Assembly: GCA_963699545.1 (NCBI GenBank)
Contig: CAVOUE010000003.1
Span: forward strand, 736,001 to 800,000
DNA length: 64,000 bases
Reading direction: 5' to 3'
Source of the DNA: Nitrospirota bacterium
Lineage (GTDB): Bacteria; Nitrospirota; Thermodesulfovibrionia; Thermodesulfovibrionales; UBA9159
Below the pieces are notes generated by a model that was not told the origin of the DNA, searched no databases, and saw only the letters and a list, made by a program, of their open reading frames with translations. Both the position numbers and the translations under genes were made by a program. Below are positions 41,755 through 53,454 of the stretch, piece after piece; positions within the stretch are counted from its first letter, which is position 1; the number at the start of each line of letters is the position of its first letter.

Positions 41755-44700
41755 TTATCCCGGCATGTCCGGTCGGTGGTGCTCCATGGCCTTCAGCCGC
41801 CCCGCCAGAGGCGGATGGACGCCGGTGTCACCCTTGTGTCCCAGCTTCTCCACCACATAGAAGGTGACCGGGATGAGGAAGATGGCGATGAAGGAGGCCG
41901 CCAGCATCCCGAAGATGACCGTGTATCCCCATGACCTGCCGGGAGATGGCGCCGGCCCCGCTGGCGATGGCCAGCGGCACGCAGCCGAGGATGAAGGCAA
42001 AGGAGGTCATGAGGATCGGCCTGAGGCGCAGTTTGGCCCCTTCCAGGGTCGCTTCCACCAGCGGTTTGCCCTTCTCATACTCCATCTTGGCGAATTCGAC
42101 GATGAGGATGGCGTTCTTGGCCGCCAGACCGATGAGCATGACCAGACCGATCTGGGCGTAGATGTTGTTCTCGAAAGACTCCGAACAGCAGGCCGGCAAA
42201 GGCCCCGGCCACGGCGACAGGCGTTCCGAGGAGGACCGAGAACGGCAGCGACCAGCTCTCGTACTGGGCCGCCAGGATCAGGAAGACGCAGAGGAACGAG
42301 AAGGCGAAGATCGCCATCGGCGACACTCCCTTCTGGGCCTTCTTCTCCTGGAACGACATGCCGCTGTAGTCGTACCCCATCTCCCGCGGCATGGTCTGGC
42401 TGAAGACCTCTTCCAGGGCCTTCATGGCCTGGGCCGAACTGAAGCCCGGGGCGGCCGTGGCGTTGATCTGGGCCGAGCGGTAGAGGTTGAAGCGCATGGT
42501 GAACTCCGGGCCGGTGATGTTGCGGACCGAGGTGAGCGCCGAGAGCGGCACCGTCTTCCCCTCGCTGTTGCGCACGTAGAACTGGCCGATGTTCTCGATG
42601 TTGGTCCGGTAGTCACCCTCGGCCTGGATGTAGACCTGCCACTGGCGGCCGAACTGGTTGAAGTAGTTGATGAAACCGCTCCCCATGAAGCTCTGCAGGA
42701 CCTTATAGACGTCGGCGATGTCGACCCCCTGCTTCAGCACCTTGTCCCGGTCCACATCCACGAACAGCTGCGGCACGGTGGGGAGGAAGGTGGTGGTGAC
42801 CCGGGCCAGCTCGGGCCGCTTTCTGGCCGCTTCGATGAATTTCTGCGTGTTCTCGGCCAGGAAGGCGACGTCCTTGCCGGCCCGGTCCTGCAGCATGAAG
42901 GTGACCCCGCCTGAGGTGCCGACCCCCATGATGGCCGGCGGCGGGAAGGCGAAGCCGATGGCGCCGGGAATGCCGGCCATCTTTTTCGAGATCGAGGCCT
43001 TGATCGCCTCGTACTGCTCTTCCGGCTTCTTCCGCTTGGCCCATTCCTCCAGGGAGATGAAGAAGAAGGCGCTGTAGGTGTTCTGCACCTGGCTCAGCAT
43101 GCTGTAGCCGACGATCGACGAGCAGTACTTGACCCCCGGGGTCTTGGTGATGATCTCTTCGGCCTGGCGGGCCACCTCGCCGGTCCGCTGCAGCGAGGCG
43201 GCGTCGGGCAGCTGGATGCCGGCAAAGATGAAGCCCTGGTCCTCGTCAGGGAGGAAGCCGGTGGGAATGCTCTTGCCCGCAACCCCGGCAAGGACCGTCA
43301 CGCCCAAGCAGCAGGAGCAGACTGGTCTTGCTCTTCCTGATGGCAGCGCCGCAGATGCCGACGTAGCCGTCAGTGGCCCGGCCGAAGACCCGGTTGAACC
43401 AGTCATAGAATTTCTGCAGCGGGCCGGTCCCCTTCTTCTTCGGCTTGAGCAGCAGTGCGCAGAGGGCCGGGGAGAGGGAGAGGGCGTTGAAGGCCGAGAT
43501 GATGACCGAGACGGCGATGGTCACGGCGAACTGCTGGTAGAGCTGTCCGGTGATGCCGGGGATGAAGGCCGTCGGGACAAAGACCGCCGCCAGGATGATG
43601 GCGATGGCGATGACCGGGCCGGAGACCTCCTCCATGGCCTTGAGGGCCGCATCCTTGGGTGACATTCCATGCTCGATATGGTGCTCCACCGCCTCGACCA
43701 CGACGATGGCGTCGTCCACGACCAGGCCGATGGCAAGGACCAGGCCGAAGAGGGAGAGGGTGTTGATGGAGAAGCCGAGCAGCGGGAAGAGGCGAAGGTT
43801 CCCACCAGCGACACCGGCACCGCCAGGAGCGGGATGAGGGTGGCCCGCCACCCCTGGAGGAAGATGAAGACCACGAGGATGACGAGGAGCAGGGCCTCGA
43901 AGAAGGTGTGCTTGATCTCCTTGATCCCCTCGGTGACCGCCAGGGTGGTGTCCAGCGCCACCGTGTAGTCCAGGTCAGGCGGGAAGCTCTTCTTCAGCTC
44001 CTCCATCAGCTTCTTGGTGCCGTTGGCGGCGTCCAGGGCGTTGGTCCCCGGCATCTGGTAGAGGGCGATCAGGGCACACGGCTTGCCGTTCAGGCGTCCT
44101 TCCATGTTGTAGGTCTGGGCTCCCAGTTCGATGCGGGCCACGTCCTTGACCCGGACGATGGAGCCGTCCGGATTGGCCCGCAGCACGATATTGCCGAACT
44201 GCTCCTCGCTCTGGAGCCGCCCCTGGGCCCGGACCGAGTAGGTGAACTCCTGCCCCTTCGGCACCGGCTGGGCCCCGACCTGTCCGGCCGGGTTCACGGT
44301 GTTCTGGGCCTTGACCGCGTTCATGATCTCCGGGATGGTGATGTTGAGCTTGGCCAGCTGGTCCGGCTTGACCCAGATCCGCATGGCGTACTGGCCGGCG
44401 CCGAAGACCGTGACGCTGGCGATCCCCTTGATGCGGGTCATCTGGTCGTTGATGTTGATGTAGGAGTAGTTGGCCAGGAAGATGTTGTCGTAGGTCCCGT
44501 TGGGGGAATAGAGGGCGAACATGATGAGCGGCGACGAGGTGGATTTCTGCCACCGTCACCCCGTAATTGATGACATCCTGCGGCAGCTGCGACTCCGCCT
44601 GGTTCTGCGCGCATCTGGGCGAGGATCTGGTCGGTGTTGGCGTCGGTCTTCAGGTCGAAGTAGTTGTAGAGGGTCATCATGCCCGTTGTTGGCGTTGATG

Positions 44701-44939
44701 GAGTACATGTAGTCCAGGTTGTCGACGCCGGACATCTGCTGTTCGATCGGGGTGGCCACCGACTGCTCCACGGTAACGGCGTCGGCGCCGGTGTAGGTGG
44801 CGTTCACCTGGATCGCCGGCGGGACGATGTTGGGGAACTGGGCGATGGGGAGTCCCGACATGGCCACCAGGCCGAGGATGACCATGAGGATGGAGATGAC
44901 CATGGCCACTATGGGGCGATTGATGAAGAATTTGGACAT
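41755..44939 (-). CDS. HAE1-family RND efflux permease, frameshifted
   Basis: [42 protein letters not shown] and RLRPILMTS. Confidence 0.92.
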
Positions 44940-44945
44940 GGTTGG

Positions 44946-46154
44946 CTACCTCTTTTCAGCCGGCGCCGGAGTGGCCGGTTTCGTCTCGGGCTTGGCCGCA
45001 GTCCCTGGGCCGCCGGCGCTCCGGGCGTCGAACGGCTTCGGGCTGACCGTCATCCCCGGTTTGACCTTCTGGATCCCCTCGACCACAACCTTTTCACCCG
45101 GCTTCAGCCCCTCGCTGATGATCCAGTCAGAGCCGACCTGCTCCGCCACCTTGACCGGACGCGATATCTACCTTGTTGTCAGCTCCGACCACGGCCACCA
45201 GGTATTTCCCCTGCATTTCGGCCACCGCCCGCTGGGGAATCAGGAAGGCCCCCTTTTTTACTGTCATTATGCGCCCGGACCAGGCCATACCCGCCGGGGC
45301 GCAGCATGTTGTTCGGGATTCGGAAAGAGGGTGCCTACCTTGAGGGTACCGGTGGTGGGGTCGACCTGCCGGTCGGCCAGGGCGAACTTCCCCTTGTGGG
45401 GATAGACGCTGCCGTCAGCCAGGATCAGTTGGAGGGGGATCTCTTCGATGTTCCTGTTCCCCTCACGGGCCTTCAGGTACTCCTGCTCGCTGACGTTGAT
45501 ATAGACCTTGATCGGGTTCACCGTGGAGACAGCAGTCAATTCGGTCTGCATGTTCGGACCGACCAGGTTGCCGAGCTGGGCCTTGGCGATCCCGGCGATG
45601 CCGTCAACGGGTGAGGTGATCTTCGTGAAGCCCAGGTTCAACTGGGCATTTTCGACCGCAGCCTGGGCTGCCTGGACTGAGGACCTGGTGGAAAGTTCTG
45701 CGCCGACGGCATCATCCAGGTCCTTCTGGCTCACCGCGTTCTTCTCCGCCAGAGGTCTGATGCGGGCCAGATTGGCCTTTGCGGTGTCATGGCGCGCCTT
45801 CTGCTGGGATAGTTGGCCCTTGGCCTGGTCAAGGGCTGCCTGGAAGGTCCGGGGATCGATCTCGAAGAGTACCTGTCCTTTCTTGACCAGATCACCCTCC
45901 CGGTAGTTCTGCTTGATGAGGTAACCGGTCACCTGGGGGCGGATGACGGCATTGACGTAGCCGTCAAGCGCTCCAACCCACTCCTTGTAGATCGGCACAT
46001 CCTTCTGAACAACAGTCACTACCTCAACATCAGGGGGCGGCGGCGCCGCCTTCTGTTCCTTCTTGCAGCCAGTGAGGAAGAGGGTTGCGCAGATAACGGT
46101 CACTACGGAAAACGGTGTGAGCAACAATACCTTTACATTGTGTTTCAGTTTCAT
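44946..46154 (-). CDS. RND periplasmic adaptor (MFP) lipoprotein, frameshifted near its 3' end
   Basis: Lipobox LTGC; IRPQVTGYL; ITSPVDG; DPTTGT; GLKPGEKVVVEG. Confidence 0.9.
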
Positions 46155-46364
46155 AGAGAGCTCCTCCGTATGAGGTTCAACAGATGTTTCTTAAAAGGAA
46201 AAGTTGATAAACTATACCATGTATTAATCCTGACCACAACAAGAGAGTCTTTTTTCCAGAGACGTTGGCCAAGGATTTAGTCTGCTCTTTCCTTCCCTTG
46301 AGGATGTCTCACATATCCCTGCCCTTCAAGAGGTTGTGTACCTCCCATTTCACTTGCAGGCACT

Positions 46365-46616
46365 TCATACTCTAAATATCCTTTCATGATTATTAGGGAT
46401 GAGGCCCTCCTGCATGAGACCTTCTTCAATTATGGCCAGGAGGGCTTTCCTCTTGTCCACTGTTGCGGGAAATTCTGAGAGGCGCAGCCGGATCTTGTCA
46501 GCATACAGTTCGGCAGTCCCTAAGGCATCATCCAGCAGGACACCTTCTGGTAACAAGCCATGGGCTTCAAGCACTGTCTTTATGTCATTGTCATCAAGTT
46601 TCCACTCATTGTCCAT
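46365..46616 (-). CDS. Hypothetical protein
   Basis: 83-aa ORF with RBS AGGAGG. Confidence 0.6.
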   Translation of the reverse strand: MDNEWKLDDNDIKTVLEAHGLLPEGVLLDDALGTAELYADKIRLRLSEFPATVDKRKALLAIIEEGLMQEGLIPNNHERIFRV

Positions 46617-46678
46617 TATTGCTCCTCCTAAATAATTAAAATTATGTGGGCAAACGTTACCCGAATAATTCTACCACC

Positions 46679-48271
46679 TTAACCTCCGACCAATGCAGCG
46701 GCGATCTGAACGAACAGAATCTTCAGAATGGTCATGGATGGAAAGATCATCGCGTAGCCGACATCGGGCCGGTCGGTCGGCGCAGTGCGGCTGGCAAAGG
46801 CAAGGATGGCCGGGTTGCCGGTGGCGCCGCAGATCACCCCCAGCGCAGTATCGAACGGGAGGCGGAACACCCAGAGACAGATGAACGCGGTGATCAGGAC
46901 CAACGCCAGCGCGATGCTGGCACCGTAAAGCAGAAAGGTGACGCCCGTTGTACCGACGGTGGCAAAGAACTTGGGTCCGGAGGCAATGCCGACTTGGGCC
47001 AGGAAAATGGTCAGCCCGAAATTTCTCAGCACGAGGTTGGCTGATAGGGGCATGGTCCAGACGAAGGGGCCTGTGCGCCTGACCTTTCCGAGGAACAGCG
47101 CGAGAAGAAGCAGGCCTGCCAGGCCGAGCGTAAGCTTGCCCAGGCCGGGAACAGGGAGAGGGATCATCCCGACAAGCAGCCCGAGCGCGGCGCCGATGCC
47201 GATCGAGATGTAGCTGAAATCGGCGGTCCCCTTGATCGAGTCGCCGAAGAAGGCGCGAACCTGCTTGATCTTGGAGCGGTGAACCAGCACTCCGACCCGG
47301 TCGCCGATCTCCAGGATCAGGTCCGGGCTGGGCATCAGATCGCTGTCGCCGCGCCGGACCTGGACGATGGAGCACGCTACGTCTGCCGGGAATTCGAGAT
47401 CGCCGATGGTGCGCCCGACGACGCTGCGTTTTGAAGCGAAAACCCGGATGTAGTCCAGATCCTGGCGGTCGCTGGCGATGGTCCCGGGCCGGAGTTCGCC
47501 AAGCAGGGCGATGGCCTGTTGAAGCGCCGTCTGGTCAGTGGCCGTTGCGAGCAACGCATCCTCCTGGGTCAGTACAAGGCTGTCTGAGGGCAGACGATTC
47601 TGCCCCTTCCTGCGCACCGCAGCGATGGTGACACCGGCCGGCAGTTTAGCGACGAGTTCCGGAAAGCGCACGCCAAAGAAGGCCGGATTGTGCAGCGCGA
47701 TTTCCGCAGTCTCGATCTGCTGCACCGCCGGCTGTTCGATCTTTGGCATGAGCCATGCGTTGAGCGCGTAAATGCACAGGATGGGTCCGGCGACACCGAA
47801 GGGATAGGCGACGCTGTAGCCGACCGCGGCGCCGTCGTTCTTAAGCGCGGCAATGATAGCCTGCAGCGTGGCGGTGCTGGTTCCAGACCCGGCAAAGAGG
47901 CCGAGCGTTTCGTCGATCTGAACGCCGGCCAGGGGCATAAGTGCCAGGGACACGCAACCGGCGATAATGACTCCGAGGGCAGCTGCAGCGTTGGCCTTGA
48001 GGCCCTCGGTGCTGGTCAGGCCCCGGAAGAACTGGGCGCCGTACTGGATGCCGACGCCATACAGGAAAAGGAGCAGGCCGAGAGTACCAAGAAGTGCCGG
48101 TGGCGCGGCCTTTGGCGCGAACCCGCCAATTGCAAGACCGACGAAGAGCACGGCTCCCGAACCGAGGGAAAAACCCTTGATGTTGATCTCACCGACCAGA
48201 TACCCCAGGGCAACCGTCAGAAACAGAGTAAAGAGTGGTTGAGTCTCGAGCAACATCTTTATTCCGTCCAT
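46679..48271 (-). CDS. YidE/YbjL (AspT-like) antiporter with TrkA-C domains
   Basis: Duplicated TM domains (GLLLFLYGVG, YSVAYPFG, CGATGNPA) flanking two TrkA_C-like repeats. Confidence 0.88.
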   Translation of the reverse strand: MDGIKMLLETQPLFTLFLTVALGYLVGEINIKGFSLGSGAVLFVGLAIGGFAPKAAPPALLGTLGLLLFLYGVGIQYGAQFFRGLTSTEGLKANAAAALGVIIAGCVSLALMPLAGVQIDETLGLFAGSGTSTATLQAIIAALKNDGAAVGYSVAYPFGVAGPILCIYALNAWLMPKIEQPAVQQIETAEIALHNPAFFGVRFPELVAKLPAGVTIAAVRRKGQNRLPSDSLVLTQEDALLATATDQTALQQAIALLGELRPGTIASDRQDLDYIRVFASKRSVVGRTIGDLEFPADVACSIVQVRRGDSDLMPSPDLILEIGDRVGVLVHRSKIKQVRAFFGDSIKGTADFSYISIGIGAALGLLVGMIPLPVPGLGKLTLGLAGLLLLALFLGKVRRTGPFVWTMPLSANLVLRNFGLTIFLAQVGIASGPKFFATVGTTGVTFLLYGASIALALVLITAFICLWVFRLPFDTALGVICGATGNPAILAFASRTAPTDRPDVGYAMIFPSMTILKILFVQIAAALVGG

Positions 48272-48394
48272 GAAACCTTCCTCCGACATATGACAGCTAA
48301 CGACAAACTTCCAGAAACGTGCCCCTCAGCATAAAATCAGTATACAAGGGGGAAAAAACTTGTCAAGACAAGAGCCTGTATTTGTCTGTGCGTG

Positions 48395-48423
48395 TTGACA
48401 ATGGGCAGGACTTAAACTATAAG
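48395..48423 (+). promoter_or_regulatory. Putative sigma70 promoter of the DUF3141 operon
   Basis: TTGACA-17-TATAAG. Confidence 0.5.
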
Positions 48424-48528
48424 TATTGTGAATGGACCTATAAGCATATTTTGATATTGAACAGTCTGTAAATTCATTCGATACTGTAAGAAAGAAGACC
48501 CATAATAGGTCTTGGAAAGGAGTAAACC

Positions 48529-50862
48529 ATGAAGGATACCTCAAAGGAGATAGCAGAGAGTCAGAGGCTTTCAGCTAAGGTGAGCCAGCTCTTCCAGAAG
48601 CGGATGCAGCTGGCCCAGAAGCGATTCAACGAGAGAGTCCAGGAAGCATACAAAGAACAGATTGCCGACCTTATCGGCAAGCCGGCATCGCCCTGGGAGG
48701 TCTGGACAAACTGGCTGCAGTATTCAACAGACTTTGTGCAGCGCTCGGTCCTGTTCTGGGACACGATGCGTCAGCGGGGCAGTAACTTTGTCCAGCACGA
48801 ACGGGCCGGCAAGCCACCGGTGCTGCATTTTGACTACGAAATCGTGGTTGATGCCCGCACGTTCGAGCGGTCGGTCAATTATGCCCTTGTGCGGATCATC
48901 CCGCCCGCAGGAGTGACCGTTGATCCGAAGCGGCGGCCATACGTCATCATTGACCCGCGTGCCGGCCATGGTCCAGGCATCGGGGGATTCAAGGACGATT
49001 CGCAGGTCGGTGTTGCGCTGAGGGAAGGGCATCCTGTTTACTTTGTCATCTTCTTCCCTGACCCTGAGCCTGGCCAGACGTTGCCTGATGTGTGTGATGC
49101 CGAGAGGCGCTTTGTACGCAAGGTGAGGGAGCTGCATCCGGAGAGCCCCAAACCGGCAATACTCGGCAACTGCCAGGGCGGCTGGGCCGCCATGATGCTC
49201 GCTGCCTCAGACCCTGATGATACCGGCCCGATCGTGATCAACGGGGCGCCCATGTCCTATTGGGGTGGCGCCTGGAAAGAGGGAGAGGGAGACAACCCGA
49301 TGCGCTACGCAGGCGGGATGCTCGGCGGAACCTGGATGGCCTCTCTTGCCGCTGACCTCGGCAATGGCATATTCGACGGCGCGTATCTGGTCGAGAACAT
49401 GGAGAACCTGAACCCGGCGAATACCTTCTGGGACAAATACTATCACGTGTTTGCCAATGTTGACACCGAGCCCCCGCGTTTTCTGGAGTTCGAGCGGTGG
49501 TGGGGAGGCTTCTATCTCCTCAACCGGGAGGAGATAGAGTGGATCGTCCAGGACCTCTTTGTGGGAAACAAGCTATGGACTGGTGAAGTACGAGCAAAGG
49601 GCGGCAAACCCTTTGATCTGCGCGAGATCAAGTCTCCGATCATCCTCTTCGCCTCCATGGGAGATAACATCACGCCGCCCCAACAGGCCTTTAACTGGGT
49701 GGCAGACGTGTACGGCTCCACCGACGAGATAAAGTCCCGTGGCCAGACGATCGTTGGCCTGCTTCACCAGGATATCGGCCATCTCGGCATCTTCGTTTCC
49801 GGGAAGGTGGCGAAAAAAGAGCATGCACAGATCGTGTCGGTGATGAAGTCGGTCGAGGCCCTGCCTCCCGGGCTCTACGGTATGAAAATAATCGAGTCGA
49901 AGGGTGATGACGGCAAGGTCCATTATGAGGTTGAATTCATCGAGTACCGTCTTGAGGATATAGTGGGCCGCCTGAACCGCCTGAAACGTGTCGACGAGAA
50001 GCCTTTTGAGGCGGTGGCGGCGCTTTCTGACTTCAACCAGCGTGCGTATGAACTGTTTGCGCAGCCCCTGGTACAGGCTTTGTCTACCAAGGTGAACGCC
50101 GAGCTGGCCCGTGACTTTCACCCCATGCGCTTCCAGCGTTGGATACTCTCAGACCAGAACCCATGGCTTTGGTGGCTCAAGCCTACCGCAGAACTCGTGA
50201 AGCAACAACGCAAACCGGCAGGTCCTGACCAGCCCCTTCGAAAGGCAGAGCAGATGGTTTCGGCGTTCGTGAGCGCGTCCTTTGATCTCTACCGGGATGT
50301 CCGTGATGCCATAAGCGAGGCACTCTTCTTTGAGGTCTACGGCAACATGTTCTTGTTGTATATTGCAGACAAGGACGAGGCAAAAGCACAAGAACACCTG
50401 CATGTGCAGGACCCGCGGGAACTGCCGTTTGTCCAGGAGGCGCTCGCGTCTATGGCTGAGGGCGGCTATCCCGAGGCTTTGGCCCGCGTGGGCGCACTCC
50501 TTGCGCGTCATGGGCAGCCGATACCGCTGTCTCTCATGGACCTGAAGGAAGAATTCATCGCAGAGTACCGGGACATCCTCCCTGACATTCCGCGCGATCA
50601 GATGCGCCGCATAAGGGGGGAACAAGACATTATCATCCGCTATGAGCCGGGGAAGGCCCTTGAGACCCTTCCTCAGCTTTTGCGCGACCCGGCAGACAGG
50701 GGCAGGCTGCTGACGCTGTTCGACCGTGTGCTCTCCGACGACCGTATCCATCTGGATGGTGTGACGCCGGAACAGCGCACTATGCTCAAGCGGATCCGGG
50801 AGGTCCTTTCTGTCAAGGCTGAGGAGATGCCGCGCCTATTGAATAAGGGGGTGATTTCATGA
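48529..50862 (+). CDS. DUF3141 protein (PHA synthase-like alpha/beta hydrolase)
   Basis: DPRAGHGPGIGGFK; GNCQGG (Cys), GDNITPP (Asp) and GHLGIF (His). Confidence 0.85.
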   Translation: MKDTSKEIAESQRLSAKVSQLFQKRMQLAQKRFNERVQEAYKEQIADLIGKPASPWEVWTNWLQYSTDFVQRSVLFWDTMRQRGSNFVQHERAGKPPVLHFDYEIVVDARTFERSVNYALVRIIPPAGVTVDPKRRPYVIIDPRAGHGPGIGGFKDDSQVGVALREGHPVYFVIFFPDPEPGQTLPDVCDAERRFVRKVRELHPESPKPAILGNCQGGWAAMMLAASDPDDTGPIVINGAPMSYWGGAWKEGEGDNPMRYAGGMLGGTWMASLAADLGNGIFDGAYLVENMENLNPANTFWDKYYHVFANVDTEPPRFLEFERWWGGFYLLNREEIEWIVQDLFVGNKLWTGEVRAKGGKPFDLREIKSPIILFASMGDNITPPQQAFNWVADVYGSTDEIKSRGQTIVGLLHQDIGHLGIFVSGKVAKKEHAQIVSVMKSVEALPPGLYGMKIIESKGDDGKVHYEVEFIEYRLEDIVGRLNRLKRVDEKPFEAVAALSDFNQRAYELFAQPLVQALSTKVNAELARDFHPMRFQRWILSDQNPWLWWLKPTAELVKQQRKPAGPDQPLRKAEQMVSAFVSASFDLYRDVRDAISEALFFEVYGNMFLLYIADKDEAKAQEHLHVQDPRELPFVQEALASMAEGGYPEALARVGALLARHGQPIPLSLMDLKEEFIAEYRDILPDIPRDQMRRIRGEQDIIIRYEPGKALETLPQLLRDPADRGRLLTLFDRVLSDDRIHLDGVTPEQRTMLKRIREVLSVKAEEMPRLLNKGVIS

Positions 50863-52253
50863 GCTCCTTCACGAATGTAATATTTGACGAGATAAAGGTT
50901 GGTCAGTCGCTCACCGTTTCGCGTACCATCTCCCGGACCGATGTCGAGGCCCTGACCCTCGTATCCGGCGATATCGATGAAGCCCATATCGAACAGGAAT
51001 CGGGCCCGGACCATATCCCCTCCGCCGAACCGGTGGCAGCGGAAGCGTTGTTCTCGTACATGCTCAACCGGCGGCTGCCCGGACCGGGAACCATCATACT
51101 CTCTCACAACCTCATCTTCCGCGGACGCGTCGCGATGGGCGATACGCTCGCGGTTACCGTTACCGCGAAGGAGAAGAGACCTGAGGGCAATGAGATCGTG
51201 TTCGACTGTAAATGCACGAGCCAAACAGGAGAAGTGATTGCATCCGGTACAGCTACCGTTGCTGCCCCAGTGAAGCGAATCAGTTACACCGACCTCGCCA
51301 CACCTGAGGTCATCTTCCGCCGGACTGACGTCTTCGCCCGCCTCATAAAAACCTGTGAGGGGATGCCCCCGGTGGTCTGTGCCGTCGTGTACCCCTGCGA
51401 TCACGATTCCCTTCTTGGCCCCCTTGAGGCCGCAAAGCGCAAGTTAATTGACCCGGTGCTGGTCGGGCCTGAGGCGAAGATCCGTGAGGCAGCGAAGGCC
51501 GCGGGTGCGGATATTTCCCGCTGTCGTATCGTGGACACCGAACACAGCCGTGCCGCTGCCGAGAAAGCGGTGGCCATGGTGCGTGCCGGTGAGCTGGAAG
51601 CCCTTATGAAAGGGAGCCTCCATACCGACGAACTGATGGGTGCTGTGGTGCCCTCTGCAACCGGGATTCGCACAGCCCGCCGTATCAGCCACATCTTTGT
51701 CATGGACGTTCCGACCTATCCGCGCGTTCTGCTGGTGACGGATGCCGCCATCAACATCGCACCCGGACTCAAGGAGAAGGTGGACATCGTCCAGAACGCC
51801 ATTGACCTGGCAAAGATCCTGGGGATCGATGAGCCAAAGGTCGCCATACTCTCTGCGGTTGAGACGGTGAACCCTGACATCCCTTCCACCCTCGAAGCCG
51901 CTTCCCTGTGCAAGATGGCCGACCGTAAGCAGATCACCGGCGGCATCCTTGACGGGCCGCTTGCCTTCGACAATGCCGTGAGCGAGCAGGCAGCCAAGAC
52001 AAAGAAGATCGATTCCCCTGTGGCAGGGAGGGCCGACATCCTGCTGGTGCCGGACCTGGAAGCGGGCAACATGCTGGCGAAACAGCTCCAGTATCTCGCG
52101 GGGGCAGACGCGGCAGGTATTGTCCTCGGCACCCGTGTTCCTATTGTGCTCACGAGCCGGGCCGACAGCGTGCGCACCCGACTCGCATCCATTGCGGTAA
52201 TGGCCCTGGTAGCCCATGCGAAGCGTCGTGCGGTGCCAGGCCAGACCATATAA
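50859..52253 (+). CDS. pta: Bifunctional MaoC-type enoyl-CoA hydratase / phosphate acetyl(butyryl)transferase
   Basis: N-terminal hot-dog domain SGDIDEAH, LPGPGT; C-terminal MKGSLHTD, TDAAINIAP, DGPLAFDNA and LTSRAD. Confidence 0.88.
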   Translation: MSSFTNVIFDEIKVGQSLTVSRTISRTDVEALTLVSGDIDEAHIEQESGPDHIPSAEPVAAEALFSYMLNRRLPGPGTIILSHNLIFRGRVAMGDTLAVTVTAKEKRPEGNEIVFDCKCTSQTGEVIASGTATVAAPVKRISYTDLATPEVIFRRTDVFARLIKTCEGMPPVVCAVVYPCDHDSLLGPLEAAKRKLIDPVLVGPEAKIREAAKAAGADISRCRIVDTEHSRAAAEKAVAMVRAGELEALMKGSLHTDELMGAVVPSATGIRTARRISHIFVMDVPTYPRVLLVTDAAINIAPGLKEKVDIVQNAIDLAKILGIDEPKVAILSAVETVNPDIPSTLEAASLCKMADRKQITGGILDGPLAFDNAVSEQAAKTKKIDSPVAGRADILLVPDLEAGNMLAKQLQYLAGADAAGIVLGTRVPIVLTSRADSVRTRLASIAVMALVAHAKRRAVPGQTI

Positions 52254-52262
52254 GGAGGTCAT

Positions 52263-53441
52263 ATGACAGATGCGATTGCGGTACTTAACGCAGGCTCTTC
52301 AAGCATAAAGTTCTCGCTTTTTGTCCTTCGCGACAATCAGGCGGAGCTCCTTGCCCGCGGCCAGACCGAAGGCATTTACGCGGCTCCGCGTTTTGTGGCA
52401 AAGGACAAAGACGGCAAGGTCATGGATGAAAAGTCATGGCCGGAGGGAACAAAGCTTGGCCATCATGGGGCAATCGACCATCTGTTCTCGCATGTGCGTG
52501 AGAAATTCGCCGACTACTATCTGCTGGGCGTTGGTCATCGTGTGGTGTGCGGAGGTCTTGATTACACCCAGCCGGTACGCGTGAATCCGGAGGTGATGGC
52601 AAAGCTTGAGAAGCTTGTCCCATTGTTCCCGTTGCACCAGCCGCACAACCTGGCACCTATCAAACTTCTTCTGGAGCGTCGGCCGGAGCTGCCCCAGATC
52701 GCCTGTTTCGACACCTCATTCCACCGCACGAATCCTCATATTGCGCAGCTCTATGCGCTCCCCATGGAATACGCAGAGGAAGGGGTGGTGCGCTATGGTT
52801 TTCACGGTCTGTCCTATGAATACATCGCATCGGTGCTGCCGAAGTTCGATCCCGAGGCAGCTTCGGGCAAGACTGTTGTACTACATCTTGGCAATGGTGC
52901 AAGCATGTGCGCATTGGAGAGCTGCAAGAGTGTCACGAGCACCATGGGGTTCAGCGGTGTGGAGGGCTTGCCCATGGGGACGCGAAGCGGCGCTCTTGAC
53001 CCGGGAATCCTCCTGTACCTTATGGATGGACGTGGCATGGACGCACGGGCCATTGAGAAGCTGATCTACACCCAGTCCGGCCTTTTGGGCATCTCGGGCA
53101 TATCGAGCGACATGCGTACGCTCCTTGAAAGCAAGGAGCCAAGGGCCCGGCTGGCCGTTGATCTTTTCCTGTATCGCATCAAGCGGGAGATGGGCTCGCT
53201 CGTCGCGGCCCTTGGCGGAGTCGATGCGATTGTGTTCACAGGCGGGATCGGCGAAAACGCTGCGCCAATCCGCGAGCGCGTCTGCCGCGATGCATCATGG
53301 CTTGGCGTAGAACTTGATGCCGATGCGAATGCACGGGGAGGGCCGGGCATCAACACAGCCAAATCGCGGGTTGCGGCATGGGTAATCCCGACCAACGAAG
53401 AATTGATGATCGCACGCCACACCAGGCGTGCGCTCGGATGA
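52263..53441 (+). CDS. ackA: Acetate/propionate kinase
   Basis: LNAGSSSIKF, GHRVV, FDTSFH, RYGFHGLS, HLGNGAS, FTGGIGEN and PTNEE. Confidence 0.93.
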   Translation: MTDAIAVLNAGSSSIKFSLFVLRDNQAELLARGQTEGIYAAPRFVAKDKDGKVMDEKSWPEGTKLGHHGAIDHLFSHVREKFADYYLLGVGHRVVCGGLDYTQPVRVNPEVMAKLEKLVPLFPLHQPHNLAPIKLLLERRPELPQIACFDTSFHRTNPHIAQLYALPMEYAEEGVVRYGFHGLSYEYIASVLPKFDPEAASGKTVVLHLGNGASMCALESCKSVTSTMGFSGVEGLPMGTRSGALDPGILLYLMDGRGMDARAIEKLIYTQSGLLGISGISSDMRTLLESKEPRARLAVDLFLYRIKREMGSLVAALGGVDAIVFTGGIGENAAPIRERVCRDASWLGVELDADANARGGPGINTAKSRVAAWVIPTNEELMIARHTRRALG

Positions 53442-53454
53442 AGGAGAATATGCT

